Positions 38,197 through 53,435 of a stretch of 64,000 nt of DNA are shown in pieces. Under the pieces are notes generated by a model. It saw only the letters and a list, made by a program, of their open reading frames with translations. It searched no databases and was not told the origin of the DNA. The translations under genes were made by a program, and so were the position numbers. The stretch spans positions 623,252 through 687,251 of the forward strand of contig OZ244879.1 of the NCBI GenBank assembly GCA_965221295.1, read 5' to 3'. This stretch comes from Dehalococcoidia bacterium. GTDB lineage: Bacteria > Chloroflexota > Dehalococcoidia > Lucifugimonadales > UBA3495. Positions within the stretch are counted from its first letter, which is position 1, and each line of letters begins with the position of its first letter.

Positions 38197-38939
38197 TGAT
38201 CCTCTCCATCGACACCTCGTCGCGTCACGGAGGGGTTGCCCTCGCCGACACGGATGGCTTGGTAATGGAGGCCCGGTTGTGGCTTTCGTCGGCGAACCAT
38301 ACGGCGCAACTGGCGCCCGCCATCGCCGAACTGCTAAAGTCCCGAGGCGCCCAAGCCGCGGATTTGGATGGAGTGGCGGTTGCCCTGGGCCCGGGGCCGT
38401 TCAGCGCTTTGAGAGTGGGCGTCAGCGCCGCCAAGGGCTTGGCCATGGCGGTTGGCTTCCCCATCATTGGCGTTGACACGCTGGAGTTGGAGGCGTGGCC
38501 CAACCTGACCCCGGACGGCATCGCCGCAGCCTGGTTGGACGCCGGCCGCAATGAAATCGCCGTGGGTTGGTTCGCCGGCAATGGCGAACGGATCCGCGAT
38601 GATGAAATCGCCGACCCGGAAACGCTGCTGGCCCAAGCATCCACGCTGCCCAATGGGCCGCTGATCTACTGCGGTGAAGCGGCTCACGGGCGGCGGGACA
38701 TGATCGCCAACCCCGAAAACCCGACCGACCCGCTGCGTCCCGCCACGGTGGCCGCCTGGACCCCGGCCAATCGCATTTGGGCGTTGTCTCGCGTCGCCGC
38801 CCAACGTCTGCGGCGGGCCGAAACCGACGACCTGGCCACCCTGCAGCCCTATTACCTGCGAATGCCAACCATCGGCGTCGCCAAGCAACGGGGCCGGGTT
38901 AGGCAGGGACGGACGCCCGCATCTTCACCTCAAACCTGA
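38196..38939 (+). CDS. tsaB: tRNA t6A37 biosynthesis protein TsaB (YeaZ)
   Basis: Contains MILSIDTSS...GVAVALGPGPFSALRVG. Confidence 0.85.
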   Translation: MILSIDTSSRHGGVALADTDGLVMEARLWLSSANHTAQLAPAIAELLKSRGAQAADLDGVAVALGPGPFSALRVGVSAAKGLAMAVGFPIIGVDTLELEAWPNLTPDGIAAAWLDAGRNEIAVGWFAGNGERIRDDEIADPETLLAQASTLPNGPLIYCGEAAHGRRDMIANPENPTDPLRPATVAAWTPANRIWALSRVAAQRLRRAETDDLATLQPYYLRMPTIGVAKQRGRVRQGRTPASSPQT

Positions 38940-38957
38940 TAGGAGACCATCAACTCA

Positions 38958-39410
38958 ATGGAACGAACCTTCGTCGCAATCAAACCCGACGGCGTGCAGC
39001 GCGGCCTGATCGGAGACGTGATCTCCCGACTGGAACGGCGTGGCCTCAAACTGGTCGCCATCCGCATGATGCAGGTGGACGAGGATTTGGCCAGCCGCCA
39101 CTACGCGGAACACGTCAGCCGCCCTTTCTTCGCCTCGCTGGTGTCCTTCATCACTTCCGGGCCGATCGTCGCCATGATCTGGGAAGCCAACAACGCGGTG
39201 GCTCTGGCTCGCCAGACCATGGGAGCCACCAACCCCGGCGAGGCCTCGCCAGGGACCATACGCGGCGACTTTGGCGTTGACATTGGCCGGAACATCGTCC
39301 ACGGTTCGGACAGCCTTGAGTCCGCCGGGCGCGAGATTGGCCTGTTCTTCGGCCAGGACGGAGGCTTGAATTATCCGCGCAGTTCCGACCCCTGGATCAC
39401 AGAATCCTGA
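38958..39410 (+). CDS. ndk: Nucleoside diphosphate kinase
   Basis: Contains [19 protein letters not shown] and NIVHGSDS. Confidence 0.95.
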   Translation: MERTFVAIKPDGVQRGLIGDVISRLERRGLKLVAIRMMQVDEDLASRHYAEHVSRPFFASLVSFITSGPIVAMIWEANNAVALARQTMGATNPGEASPGTIRGDFGVDIGRNIVHGSDSLESAGREIGLFFGQDGGLNYPRSSDPWITES

Positions 39411-39783
39411 CCACCTGAGGAGCCCGGCTCCACAGCCGTTCCAAGCCGAAGAAATCCCGTTCTTCGGGGCCGAATATGTGAATCACCACGTCGGCGAAAT
39501 CCAAAAGCACCCACCCGGACGCCGGGGCGCCCTCCCGATGATGGCGGGCCGCTCCGGCTCCCTTCATGGCGTTGGTCAGATCTTCTTCGAGCGCTTCTAT
39601 CTGACGCACGGAATCCGCCGTCATCACCACGAAGTAGTCGGCAAACGTCGATAATCGCCTCAGATCCATCATGACGATGTCGGTGGCCAACTTCTCGGCC
39701 GCGACGTCGACGGCAAGGCGGGCCACTTCGCTGGGATCAATGGCTTCAGTGGGATTGATGGCTTCGGTAGTCGTCATCTGCAC
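39397..39783 (-). CDS. rsfS: Ribosome silencing factor RsfS (iojap family)
   Basis: Contains [19 protein letters not shown] and [14 protein letters not shown]. Confidence 0.85.
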   Translation of the reverse strand: MQMTTTEAINPTEAIDPSEVARLAVDVAAEKLATDIVMMDLRRLSTFADYFVVMTADSVRQIEALEEDLTNAMKGAGAARHHREGAPASGWVLLDFADVVIHIFGPEERDFFGLERLWSRAPQVVRIL

Positions 39784-40034
39784 GTGTTCCGCCCGCGCTT
39801 GACGGCGGTGGCTTCCCGGATTTGAGGTTCGCCGGTTCGAAGGTTCACTGGTTCGAAGGTTCAGTCCAAGCAGTATAGGGGCAGACCGGCTTTCCTTGCA
39901 ATCCCCACCGATTGTGATATATTACACAAGTCAATTTTCGCGCGGCTCGGCTATGTCGCTTTGCGCCAGCGGGTTGAGATTCGCTCTCAATGTCCTGCCG
40001 GCTGCTTTTCATTTGTTTTGTGCACGGTGCGGTT

Positions 40035-44578
<4,544 letters not shown>

Positions 44579-44579
<1 letters not shown>

Positions 44580-46030
44580 TGGGCAAAGTCACCGGATTCA
44601 TCGAGTTTGGGCGGTTCGGACCGGACCGCCGACCACCCGCCGAGCGCGTCGGGGACTACCGGGAATACTACAACCGTTGGTCGGACCAGCAGGCCACAGA
44701 ACAGGGCGCGCGCTGCATGGATTGCGCCGTTCCCTTCTGCCACATGGGTTGTCCCCTGGGCAACGTCATCCCCGAATTCAATCACCAAGTTTATCTGGGC
44801 AACTGGGAACGCGCCCTGGAAATTCTGCTGGGCACCAACAATTTCCCCGAATTCACGGGCCGCATCTGCCCCGCCCCCTGCGAGGCTGCCTGCGTCCTCA
44901 GCATCAACTCCGACCCGGTGACCATCGAGTACATCGAGAAGGAAATCAGCGAACGCGGATTCGAGCAGGGTTGGATCAAACCCATGCCGCCGGAAACCCG
45001 CACCGGCAAGACAGTGGCCGTGGTGGGCAGTGGGCCGGCCGGCCTCGCCGCAGCCCAGCAGCTCAACCGGGCTGGCCATTCGGTAACCGTTCTGGAGCGG
45101 GCCGACTACATCGGCGGCCTGCTCATGCTGGGAATCCCCGACTTCAAGCTTGAAAAATCGGTGGTTCGGCGCCGTGTCGACATAATGGCGGCCGAAGGCA
45201 TCGAGTTTCGCACCGGCGTCAATGTGGGCGTCAATTACCCAGCCCAGCAGCTGCTGCAGGAATTCGACGCCGTGTGCTTGGCCGGCGGTTCGACCCACCC
45301 CCGGGACCTGGATGTTCCGGGCCGTGATCTCGATGGCGTTCATTTCGCCATGGAGTACCTGCCTCAGCAGAACCGCGCCCTGGCCGGCGAATCCATCAAC
45401 AACCAGATCACCGCCGAAGGCAAGCGCGTCATCATCCTCGGCGGCGGCGACACCGGCGCAGACTGCCTGGGAACCGCTCACCGTCAGGGCGCCGAGATCG
45501 TCCACCAATTCGAGCTTTTGCCTGAACCTCCCGAAACCAGGCCGGACGACAACCCCTGGCCCCGTTGGCCAATGATTTTGCGGACCTCCGGGGCCCACGA
45601 AGAGGGCGGCGTCCGCGATTACAATATCCTCACCAAGTCGTTGTCTGGCGAAAACGGGCAGGTCAACAAGCTGAACGCCGTCCGAGTGGACTGGACCAAA
45701 GCCGAGAACGGCCGATTCCAGATGTCTGAAGTGCCAGGCAGCGAGTTTTCCGTTGACGCCGACCTGGTTCTGCTCGCCATGGGATTCCTGCACCCCGAGC
45801 GCGAAGGGATGCTGGAACAGTTGGGCGTGGAACTGGATGGTCGCGGCAACGTCCAGGTGGACGAAAACAAGATGACCTCAGTGCCCGGAGTTTTCGCTGG
45901 CGGCGACATGGCGCGCGGTCAGTCCCTGGTGGTCTGGGCCATCGCCGAAGGCCGCGACGTAGCGCGCGGCATCGACCGTTACCTGTCGGCGGGGGTGTCC
46001 CACCTGCCCAGATCCACCTCCGCCGTGTAG
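44579..46030 (+). CDS. gltD: Glutamate synthase small subunit (NADPH)
   Basis: The ATG overlaps the gltB stop. Contains MGKVTGFIEF, a Cys cluster and VAVVGSGPAGLAAA. Confidence 0.92.
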
Positions 46031-46381
46031 CCGGCAATACGCCTTGGGCCACTATGTGGCGGAGCTGTGGCCCGAGGTTGCCAGCTCCCAAATCGCTGAA
46101 GCATCGCTGTCGCGCGCTCAATTTGCCAAGAGCCATTCATTGCGGGACGCTGTAGCGACCCGACATCGGCGTCGATTGCTCCAGATGACGTTCAAGTCCC
46201 ACGGCAAGCCGGCGGAACCCTCCGTTGCGCCCGACCATCCATACCGGCCGACCCGCGATAGCGGCCGATGGGATGGCTCCAGCGCGTTCACCGTAATGGG
46301 TAGCGGAACGTGGGAATGCATGGGGCAACCGAACCTGACGCCTCGCGACAAATGCGATAAAATCAGGCTGCGCCCATCCAA

Positions 46382-46792
46382 TTGGGCAGCGACGAGGTGC
46401 AGGAAATGCCCAACGACAGCAACCGTGTGGTCTTTCCGCCTGAAGGTTGGCAAAACTCTCTCCAGTCCGAGCACATCGGTCCCGACCGTTTTGGCAACGG
46501 CCAAATGTACGACGCCAGCATCGGCGGGTCTCCGCTGATCAGACTCATCTACGACGCGCGAGACGACCAGATCACCGTGCGCTGCCTCGGCTGCGACCAG
46601 CAGGATCAGGCCGGCGGCCGCTACCAGGAATATCGAATGATCGGAATCGTTAGCGTCAACGCAACCGCTCTGTTGGTGCCCATGAACACCCCGCGCATCA
46701 TGAAACATCTTGCTGACGCCCATGCTCAGGACCTGAATGGCATTGACGACGTGGACTTCTTCAACTGCCTGCTCGATTGCTGTGATTTGTGA
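46382..46792 (+). CDS. Hypothetical protein (start uncertain, possibly the ATG at 46406)
   Basis: The ORF has protein-like composition in a region with no recognisable homology. A competing antisense ORF at 46118..46798 looks like a shadow ORF. Confidence 0.35.
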   Translation: MGSDEVQEMPNDSNRVVFPPEGWQNSLQSEHIGPDRFGNGQMYDASIGGSPLIRLIYDARDDQITVRCLGCDQQDQAGGRYQEYRMIGIVSVNATALLVPMNTPRIMKHLADAHAQDLNGIDDVDFFNCLLDCCDL

Positions 46793-46814
46793 AGCCAAAC
46801 GCGAGAGGATACCA

Positions 46815-48365
46815 ATGAATTACGATTTCATTATCGTTGGCGGCGGTTCCGCCGGTTGCGCGCTGGCCTCCCGCCTGACCGAAGACCCCGATGTTTCGGT
46901 TCTGCTGCTGGAAGCCGGGCCCGACTACCCTGAATTCGACCACCTGCCGGTGGATTTGAAAGAAGGCAACAACGTGTGGCGGTCGGCCTACGGGCCCCAC
47001 AGTTGGGGCTACTCAGCCAAGGGAACCCCGCAACAGGACGAGCCGATCATCATACCCCGCGGCAAGGCCATGGGCGGGTCCAGCAGCATCAACGGCCAGG
47101 TCTTGTTCCGCGGCGTCCCAGAGGATTATGACAACTGGGCAATTTGGGGAAACGACGAATGGTCGTTCACCAAGGTGTTGCCCTATTTCCGCCAACTGGA
47201 AAACGACCTGGACTTCGCCGGCGACGATTTCCACGGAGACAGCGGACCGATACCAGTGAGACGTTACAAGCGTGAGGAGTGGTTGCCCGTCGCCGAGGCC
47301 TTCTATGACACCTGCCGAGTCTTGGGTTTCCCGGAAGACCCGGACCAAAACCACCCGGACTCCAATGGCATCGCGTCGCGGCCCCTGAACAACATCGACG
47401 GCGTGCGCATGAGTACATCGCTGACCTACCTGTCCATGGCCCGGCACAGGCTGAACCTCACCGTGCGCGGCAACGTTGTCGTGCGGCGAGTCCTCTTCGA
47501 TGACAAAACCGCCGTGGGCGTGGAGGCCGAAAGCGGCGGCGAAATCTTTGAAATATCCGGCCGGCAGATCATCCTCAGCGGCGGAGCCATCGCCTCGCCT
47601 CAGATCCTCCTGCTCTCCGGCGTGGGGCCCGCCGACCATCTGCGGGAAATGGGAATTCCCCTGATCCACGAGCTCCCCGGAGTGGGCGAGAACCTGCGAG
47701 ACCATCCGGCGGTGTTCACCCTGTTCCGCGGCGTCGGAGACCCACCGGACCTGGACTCTCCCAGCATCCAAGTTGGCCTGCGCTATAGCCCCGAAGGAAC
47801 CGGCACCCGCGGCGACATTCAACTGTCCCCCATCCTGATGACCAGCGAACACCGGCCGGCCAGCGTCAACATCGAAACCGACGACTTCCACTTCGGGTTC
47901 AGCGCCGCTCTGCAGAACGCAACCACCGCCGGTCGCCTGCGCTTGGCCTCCACCGACCCTCACACGCAACCCGACCTGTTCTACGACTATCTCTCCGACC
48001 CGGTGGATCGTCAGCGGATGCGGGCGGCAGTGCGGCTCGGACTCCAGATAGCAGACCAGCCCACGTTCCGGGAGTTCGTCGCCGAAAGACTCTCGCCAAC
48101 CGATGAGGACCTGGCCTCGGACTCGGCGCTCGACCAATGGATGCTGCGCAACGCCTACACCCAGCACCACTCGTCTGGAACCTGCAAGATGGGCCCCGGC
48201 TCCGACCTCGACGCGGTGGTTGACCAGTATTGCCACGTGTACGGCATGAAGAACCTGCGCGTCGTGGACGCCTCGGTGATGCCCGACGTCATTCGCGCCA
48301 ACACCAACGCCACCACCATCATGATCGCAGAGCGGGTGGCTGACTTCATCAAGGAGGGCAAATAG
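46815..48365 (+). CDS. GMC family oxidoreductase (choline dehydrogenase-like)
   Basis: Contains YDFIIVGGGSAGCALASRL, GGSSSINGQV and a C-terminal HHSSGTCKMG. Confidence 0.9.
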   Translation: MNYDFIIVGGGSAGCALASRLTEDPDVSVLLLEAGPDYPEFDHLPVDLKEGNNVWRSAYGPHSWGYSAKGTPQQDEPIIIPRGKAMGGSSSINGQVLFRGVPEDYDNWAIWGNDEWSFTKVLPYFRQLENDLDFAGDDFHGDSGPIPVRRYKREEWLPVAEAFYDTCRVLGFPEDPDQNHPDSNGIASRPLNNIDGVRMSTSLTYLSMARHRLNLTVRGNVVVRRVLFDDKTAVGVEAESGGEIFEISGRQIILSGGAIASPQILLLSGVGPADHLREMGIPLIHELPGVGENLRDHPAVFTLFRGVGDPPDLDSPSIQVGLRYSPEGTGTRGDIQLSPILMTSEHRPASVNIETDDFHFGFSAALQNATTAGRLRLASTDPHTQPDLFYDYLSDPVDRQRMRAAVRLGLQIADQPTFREFVAERLSPTDEDLASDSALDQWMLRNAYTQHHSSGTCKMGPGSDLDAVVDQYCHVYGMKNLRVVDASVMPDVIRANTNATTIMIAERVADFIKEGK

Positions 48366-48368
48366 AAC

Positions 48369-49784
48369 ATGACCAGTTCCAACACCCGCGTTGAACGCGA
48401 TTCCATGGGCGAAATGCAGGTGCCCGCCGACGCCCTTTACGGCGCCTCTACCATGCGGGCCGTGCTCAACTTCCCGATTAGCGACCTCCGTTTTCCCCGC
48501 CAATTCATCCGGGCTCTGGGCCTCATCAAGTTGGCCTGCGCCCAGACGCACATGGAACTGGGAGCCCTTGACCCCAAGATTGGCGACGCCATCGTCCAGG
48601 CGGCTCAGGAAGTCGCCGACGGCAAGCACGACGAGCACTTCGTTCTGGACATCTTCCAGACCGGCTCCGGCACGTCAACCAACACCAACGCCAATGAAGT
48701 GATCGCAAACCGCGCTTCGCAGCTACTGGGCGGCGGGTTGGGTTCTCGCTTGGTTCACCCCAATGACCACGTGAACCTGGGGCAATCCTCCAACGACGTG
48801 ATTCCCACGTCGATCCATCTGGCCGCGCTTTTGGGAATCAAAGAAGACCTGATTCCGGCGCTGGAAGAGCTTCAGGCCGCGTTGCGGCAGAAATCCGAGG
48901 AATTCTGGCCCATCGTGAAGACCGGCCGCACCCACCTCCAGGATGCTACCCCGGTGCGTCTGGGGCAGGAGTTTGCCGGGTACGCCGGGCAGGCTCAGTA
49001 CAGCATCGCCCGCGCCCGCCGCGCCGAGGAAGCCCTGGCCGAAGTGGCCTTGGGCGGCACCGCGGTGGGAACCGGAGTCAACACGCACCCCGAATCTTCC
49101 GGACGCACCTGCGCCCGGCTCTCGGCCATGACGGGCGTCAACATCCGGGAGACCAGCAACCACTTCCAAGCCCAGGCCGCCCTGGATGGCATCGTGGAAG
49201 CCAGCGGCCAACTCAAAACCATTGCCGTCAGCCTTCACAAGATCGCCAACGACATCCGTTTCCTGGGCTGCGGCCCTCGGGCCGGGTTGGGCGAGATCAA
49301 CGTGCCGGAAGTGCAGCCGGGCAGCAGCATCATGCCCGGCAAGGTCAATCCGGTCATCTCGGAATCGGTGATACAAGTCTCCGCCCATGTGGTGGGCAAC
49401 GACGCGGCGGTGGCCCTGGCTGGGGCCGGTGGCTACTTTGAGCTCAATACCATGATGCCGTTGGCGGCCTACAACCTGCTCCAGTCGGTATCGTTGCTGG
49501 CGGCGTCCGCCCGCAACTTCGCCCGGCAATGCGTCGTTGGCATCGCGGCCACCAACACTGGGCCGGCCATGGTCGAAAAAGGCCTGATGCTGGGCACCGC
49601 CCTCGCGCCGTCCATCGGGTATGACGCCGCCGCCAGCATCGCCAAGAAAGCCGCCGACTCCGGCCTCACCATCAGGGACGTAGCGCGCGCCGAAACCTCC
49701 CTAACCGAGGCGGAACTTGACGAACTGCTCAATCCGGAGGAGATGACCAAACCCAGCTTGGAAATTCGGGCCGGCGGCGGATGA
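48369..49784 (+). CDS. fumC: Class II fumarate hydratase (aspartase/fumarase superfamily)
   Basis: Contains GSSIMPGKVNP and TGRTHLQDATPVRLGQEFAGY. The latter is closer to the FumC pattern than to AspA. Confidence 0.85.
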   Translation: MTSSNTRVERDSMGEMQVPADALYGASTMRAVLNFPISDLRFPRQFIRALGLIKLACAQTHMELGALDPKIGDAIVQAAQEVADGKHDEHFVLDIFQTGSGTSTNTNANEVIANRASQLLGGGLGSRLVHPNDHVNLGQSSNDVIPTSIHLAALLGIKEDLIPALEELQAALRQKSEEFWPIVKTGRTHLQDATPVRLGQEFAGYAGQAQYSIARARRAEEALAEVALGGTAVGTGVNTHPESSGRTCARLSAMTGVNIRETSNHFQAQAALDGIVEASGQLKTIAVSLHKIANDIRFLGCGPRAGLGEINVPEVQPGSSIMPGKVNPVISESVIQVSAHVVGNDAAVALAGAGGYFELNTMMPLAAYNLLQSVSLLAASARNFARQCVVGIAATNTGPAMVEKGLMLGTALAPSIGYDAAASIAKKAADSGLTIRDVARAETSLTEAELDELLNPEEMTKPSLEIRAGGG

Positions 49785-50424
49785 GTCAACGCCCAACCAC
49801 GGCCGTTTACCTTCAGGTAGGCTGGACCAGCCAGCGGGGCGCCGCGGTCGCCCCGCCGCCGTTGCTGATGTCGGTTTACGTAACATGGGAACGTAGCCGG
49901 GCGCCCTTAACCTTGGTGCGCTCAGAATGCGGCTGACCCGAGGGTATGGGCGTCAACGCATTGGATTTCAGCGCCGCCAATCTCTTGAACTTGGCGCCCA
50001 GTTCGCGCTCACCGCAGGGGCTTTGCCGTGCGCGGGACGCAACCTGGGACATCGCGAACCCGCCGGGCCAGACGCGGGACGCAACCCTGGGGAGATGGCC
50101 AGCGGGCCGCCCCAGGGGGCGGCGACCCCGGTGGTGGCGCCAACGCGCAATGCAGCGATCAGCGTGTTGCGCATCTGAGGAGAACCCAACACCGCGGCGG
50201 CCGCGCAAAGAACCGGCTGAACCCGGAGCCAACCGGCGTAGGCTGCGGTTGGCCAACCCCAGAAAACCGAAAGAGCCTACGCCAAACCGGCGACGTTTTC
50301 GCCTGAGGCTGGATGCGAGTATAATTGCGGTCGCGCCGCGCGATGCTTGATACTGATCGCGCCCCATAATCGCCGTTGCCGCTGCCGCCTGAGGATTCCC
50401 CTGAAAGACTCGCTGATCAAAAGG

Positions 50425-51762
50425 ATGCTCGCTTGGTATCTGCCAACTCCGTTCTTCTACGGGTGGCTGATATTGGGGATGGGTTCGCTGTCTTCCGCGG
50501 CCGGCGCCAGCGTGTCCCAGGTGGTGCTGGGCGCGATCCAGGTATACATCGTCGAGGATACCGGGTGGGACATCGGTACCCTGTCCATCGCGGTCACCGC
50601 GGGAACCTGGTGCTCCGGAGTCCTGGCGCCCTTCGCCGGACGCCTAGCCGACCGGTACGGCCCCAGATACCTGGTAACCATGGGGCTGCTGGTGGTGGGC
50701 TGCTCGCTGCTGGTACTATCAACGGTCCCCACCCACACTCTTTGGCCATTCTTCACCGCCTACATCATCGGCCGCTCCATCAGCAATCCGTTCCTGATTG
50801 GCGTGGTGCCCAGAACCGCCACCGTCAACTTCTTCCGGCGGCGCCGCAACATCACCATCGCCATCTCCGGGATGTCTCGGCCAGTGGGCGGCGCCATCAA
50901 TATCCAGGTCATTTCACTCATCGCCGCCACCCAGAGCTGGCGCGCCGCCTACGGATACGTGGGCCTATTCCTCTTGGCGCTGTCCATCCCGGCCTTCCTG
51001 CTGATGCGACGAACGCCCGAGGAGATCGGTATGCTGCCCGACGGGGATCGACCAGCGGCGGGCCAAACCCAAACCGGCCGGGGCGGGGCCAGGCGCGCCT
51101 CGGCCAGCGCGACCCCCGAATTCAGCTGGACGGTTCGCGAGGCGATGCGCACCCGCGCCTACTGGTGCATCGCCGGCACTGCGATATTGGCCGTGATCGC
51201 CTCGGCCGGGCTGGGGTACATACTGGTGCCGTACCTGGTCAGCGAATCAGGGCCGAACCTGAGCAAACCCCAGGCGGTGGGCGTAGGGAGCCTGGGGGCG
51301 GTGCTGGCGATGACCACGCTGATTTGGGGCGTCCTGGCCGACAAGTTGGGCCCGCGTTACTGCATGACCCTGACCATAACCGGCGCTGTGCTATCTGGAG
51401 CGTTCCTCATGTTCGGAGTCAACTCGGTTTGGACAGCCTACCTGTTCGCCATACTATGGGGCTTCTTCTCCAACACCGTGGGCACCCTGGAGCACATGCT
51501 GTTGGCCCAATACTTCGGGCGGGGATCCTTCGGCGCGATCCTGGGTTCGCTGGGGCCCATGCAAACCACCGCGTTGGGCGTCGCTCCCGTGTTTGGCAGC
51601 TACCTGTACACGTTCACGCAGAACTACACTTTGGTATTCGCCGTCCTGATGATAATGTACGCTGGCGCGGGAATGCTCATCTTTCTGGCCAAGGCGCCCC
51701 AACTTCCGCCACGCGCCACGGCGTCGGCGCCCGAGGCTGTTGCGGCCCGCGACGCAGTATAA
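50425..51762 (+). CDS. MFS transporter
   Basis: Shows a 12-TM-like hydrophobic pattern and GRLADRYGPR between TM2 and TM3. Confidence 0.8.
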   Translation: MLAWYLPTPFFYGWLILGMGSLSSAAGASVSQVVLGAIQVYIVEDTGWDIGTLSIAVTAGTWCSGVLAPFAGRLADRYGPRYLVTMGLLVVGCSLLVLSTVPTHTLWPFFTAYIIGRSISNPFLIGVVPRTATVNFFRRRRNITIAISGMSRPVGGAINIQVISLIAATQSWRAAYGYVGLFLLALSIPAFLLMRRTPEEIGMLPDGDRPAAGQTQTGRGGARRASASATPEFSWTVREAMRTRAYWCIAGTAILAVIASAGLGYILVPYLVSESGPNLSKPQAVGVGSLGAVLAMTTLIWGVLADKLGPRYCMTLTITGAVLSGAFLMFGVNSVWTAYLFAILWGFFSNTVGTLEHMLLAQYFGRGSFGAILGSLGPMQTTALGVAPVFGSYLYTFTQNYTLVFAVLMIMYAGAGMLIFLAKAPQLPPRATASAPEAVAARDAV

Positions 51763-51791
51763 TCGCCAAACCCATTCAACGGAGGAAGACC

Positions 51792-52184
51792 ATGCCGGAC
51801 ATCACCTACATGAACCCTGACGGAATCGCCAATCCTTCGGCCTCCGGCTTCACCGCTGTGGTGAAGGCCGGCAGCGCCGTGTACATCGCGGGAATGGTGG
51901 CCCAGGACGAAAACGGCAACGTTGTCGGCGCGGGCGACGCCGAGGCCCAGACCCGACAGATTTGGCGCAACATCGATGTCGCGGTGCGGGCCGCTGGCGG
52001 CAGCCTGGCCAACATCGTCAAGACCACCACCTACGTCACCGGCATCGAGCACGCTCCGGCGGTGCGGGCGGTGCGGAGCGAACTGTTCCCAACCAACCCG
52101 CCCACCAGTACGCTGCTGGTGGTGAGCGAACTGGCGAATCCGGCCTACGTGGTCGAAATCGAGTCAATCGCGGTGATCGGATGA
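51792..52184 (+). CDS. ridA: RidA/YjgF family reactive-intermediate deaminase
   Basis: Contains YIAGMVAQDENG...TTTYVT...VEIESIAV. GGAGGA precedes the ATG at 51792. Confidence 0.85.
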   Translation: MPDITYMNPDGIANPSASGFTAVVKAGSAVYIAGMVAQDENGNVVGAGDAEAQTRQIWRNIDVAVRAAGGSLANIVKTTTYVTGIEHAPAVRAVRSELFPTNPPTSTLLVVSELANPAYVVEIESIAVIG

Positions 52185-52242
52185 CCAAGCTTGACCGCGC
52201 CAATTTGACGCGGCCAGCAGTTTCACAATCGTGGCCGGTTTT

Positions 52243-52494
52243 CTAGTATCCCTGGGACCTGCGCTTCCGTTCTTGTAGAACCTGCCACATGCGGCGCCAG
52301 ACGAATCGGCGCTCGGGTTCCTCCAATCGCCGGCCTATCAGTTCCCGGACCGCCAGGACGGCTTGGCCGGCGAAGAATCCCCAGTGGCCCGGCTCATCGC
52401 GAATCCAGCCGGTCAAACGATCCGGGTGCGCGTCGGCCACGCAGGCCAATACCCGGTCTAGACCGTCGTCCGGGGCGTTCGTATCGTCCGCCAC
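52243..52494 (-). CDS. Hypothetical protein at the distal end of the thi operon
   Basis: An 83-aa ORF starting 4 nt after the thiS stop. It shows a weak resemblance to GatB/YqeY-type helical domains (GHWGFFAGQAV). Confidence 0.45.
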   Translation of the reverse strand: MADDTNAPDDGLDRVLACVADAHPDRLTGWIRDEPGHWGFFAGQAVLAVRELIGRRLEEPERRFVWRRMWQVLQERKRRSQGY

Positions 52495-52498
52495 CGGT

Positions 52499-52702
52499 CT
52501 ATCCGCCTCCCACAGGCCGCACGATTTCCAGCGCGTCTCCGGCGTTGAGCTTGACCGAGGCGAAGTCTTCTTTGCGGATGACCTGCCCGTTGTAGCCGAC
52601 CGCTATGAACCGCATGTTGACGTCGATTGAGGCCAGGTAGGATTGCAAATCCAAACCGTCATCCACCTCACGATGCTTGCCGTTGACTCTCAATGTAATC
52701 AT
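52499..52702 (-). CDS. thiS: Sulfur carrier protein ThiS
   Basis: A 67-aa product, MITLRVNGK...EIVRPVGGG, with a C-terminal Gly-Gly. Confidence 0.85.
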   Translation of the reverse strand: MITLRVNGKHREVDDGLDLQSYLASIDVNMRFIAVGYNGQVIRKEDFASVKLNAGDALEIVRPVGGG

Positions 52703-52721
52703 GGCGGCGGTACACCTCCGA

Positions 52722-53426
52722 TCAGTTGCGATACGCCGGGTCGGCAAAAAGTTCACGCGTGGATGTCGACGCGATGGCAGACGCCATGGCGTCCTTGAGT
52801 CGTTGCGCGGCGGCCGTGGGATTCTCGTGAGCCAAGATGCCAGTGATTGCGGCCACGCCCTGGGCGCCGGCGGCCATCACCGGCCCGGCGTTGCCCGCCG
52901 TTATCCCACCGATTCCCAGCATCGGAGACGCTATGCCGGCCGACGCGATTCGCGATAGTAGGCCCGGGCCAGAGGGCTCTTCACCCGGGTGGGAATTGGT
53001 GGCGAACATCGTGCCCACCAGCAGAAAGTCCGCGCCGGATTCGGCGGCGGCGGCGGCCCCCTCAATCGAATGAACGGACCGGCCAACGACGGCTCGTTCG
53101 CCCACAATGGCGCGAGCGGCGCTCGTTGGCAGGGCGGATTCCCCCAACTGGACGCCGTCGGCTCCCGCCGCCACCGCCACATCGACGCGTTCGTTGATCA
53201 GCAGCAGCGCCCGGCCGGCGATTACTTGGCGCAGCCGCTGCGCCAGCTCCAGAAGGGCGCCACCCGGCAGTTCCTTGTCCCGCAATTGCACCAGATCCAC
53301 ACCGCCGCTCACCGCTGCGTCAACCCGCGCCGGCAGCTCATCCGGCGGGCAGACTCTGCGGTCGGTCACCAGGCAAAGGCACGGGTAAGGCAGGGCTCTT
53401 CGGCTGGCGTCGATTGGAACCGACAT
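52722..53426 (-). CDS. thiE: Thiamine-phosphate synthase
   Basis: Contains LCLVTDRR, VQLRDKE and GADGVQLG, in a thi operon context. Confidence 0.85.
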   Translation of the reverse strand: MSVPIDASRRALPYPCLCLVTDRRVCPPDELPARVDAAVSGGVDLVQLRDKELPGGALLELAQRLRQVIAGRALLLINERVDVAVAAGADGVQLGESALPTSAARAIVGERAVVGRSVHSIEGAAAAAESGADFLLVGTMFATNSHPGEEPSGPGLLSRIASAGIASPMLGIGGITAGNAGPVMAAGAQGVAAITGILAHENPTAAAQRLKDAMASAIASTSTRELFADPAYRN

Positions 53427-53435
53427 GCGTGATCA

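Noticed and set aside
49790-50420. 630-nt gap between fumC and the MFS gene, including the 163-aa minus ORF 49876..50367 and a signal-peptide-like start MRNTLIAALRVGATTGVAAP
   Set aside because: The ORFs are Arg/Pro/Gly-rich, overlap each other in several frames and show no motif. A TATAAT at about 50314 probably serves the MFS gene. This is left as unexplained intergenic DNA rather than a feature.
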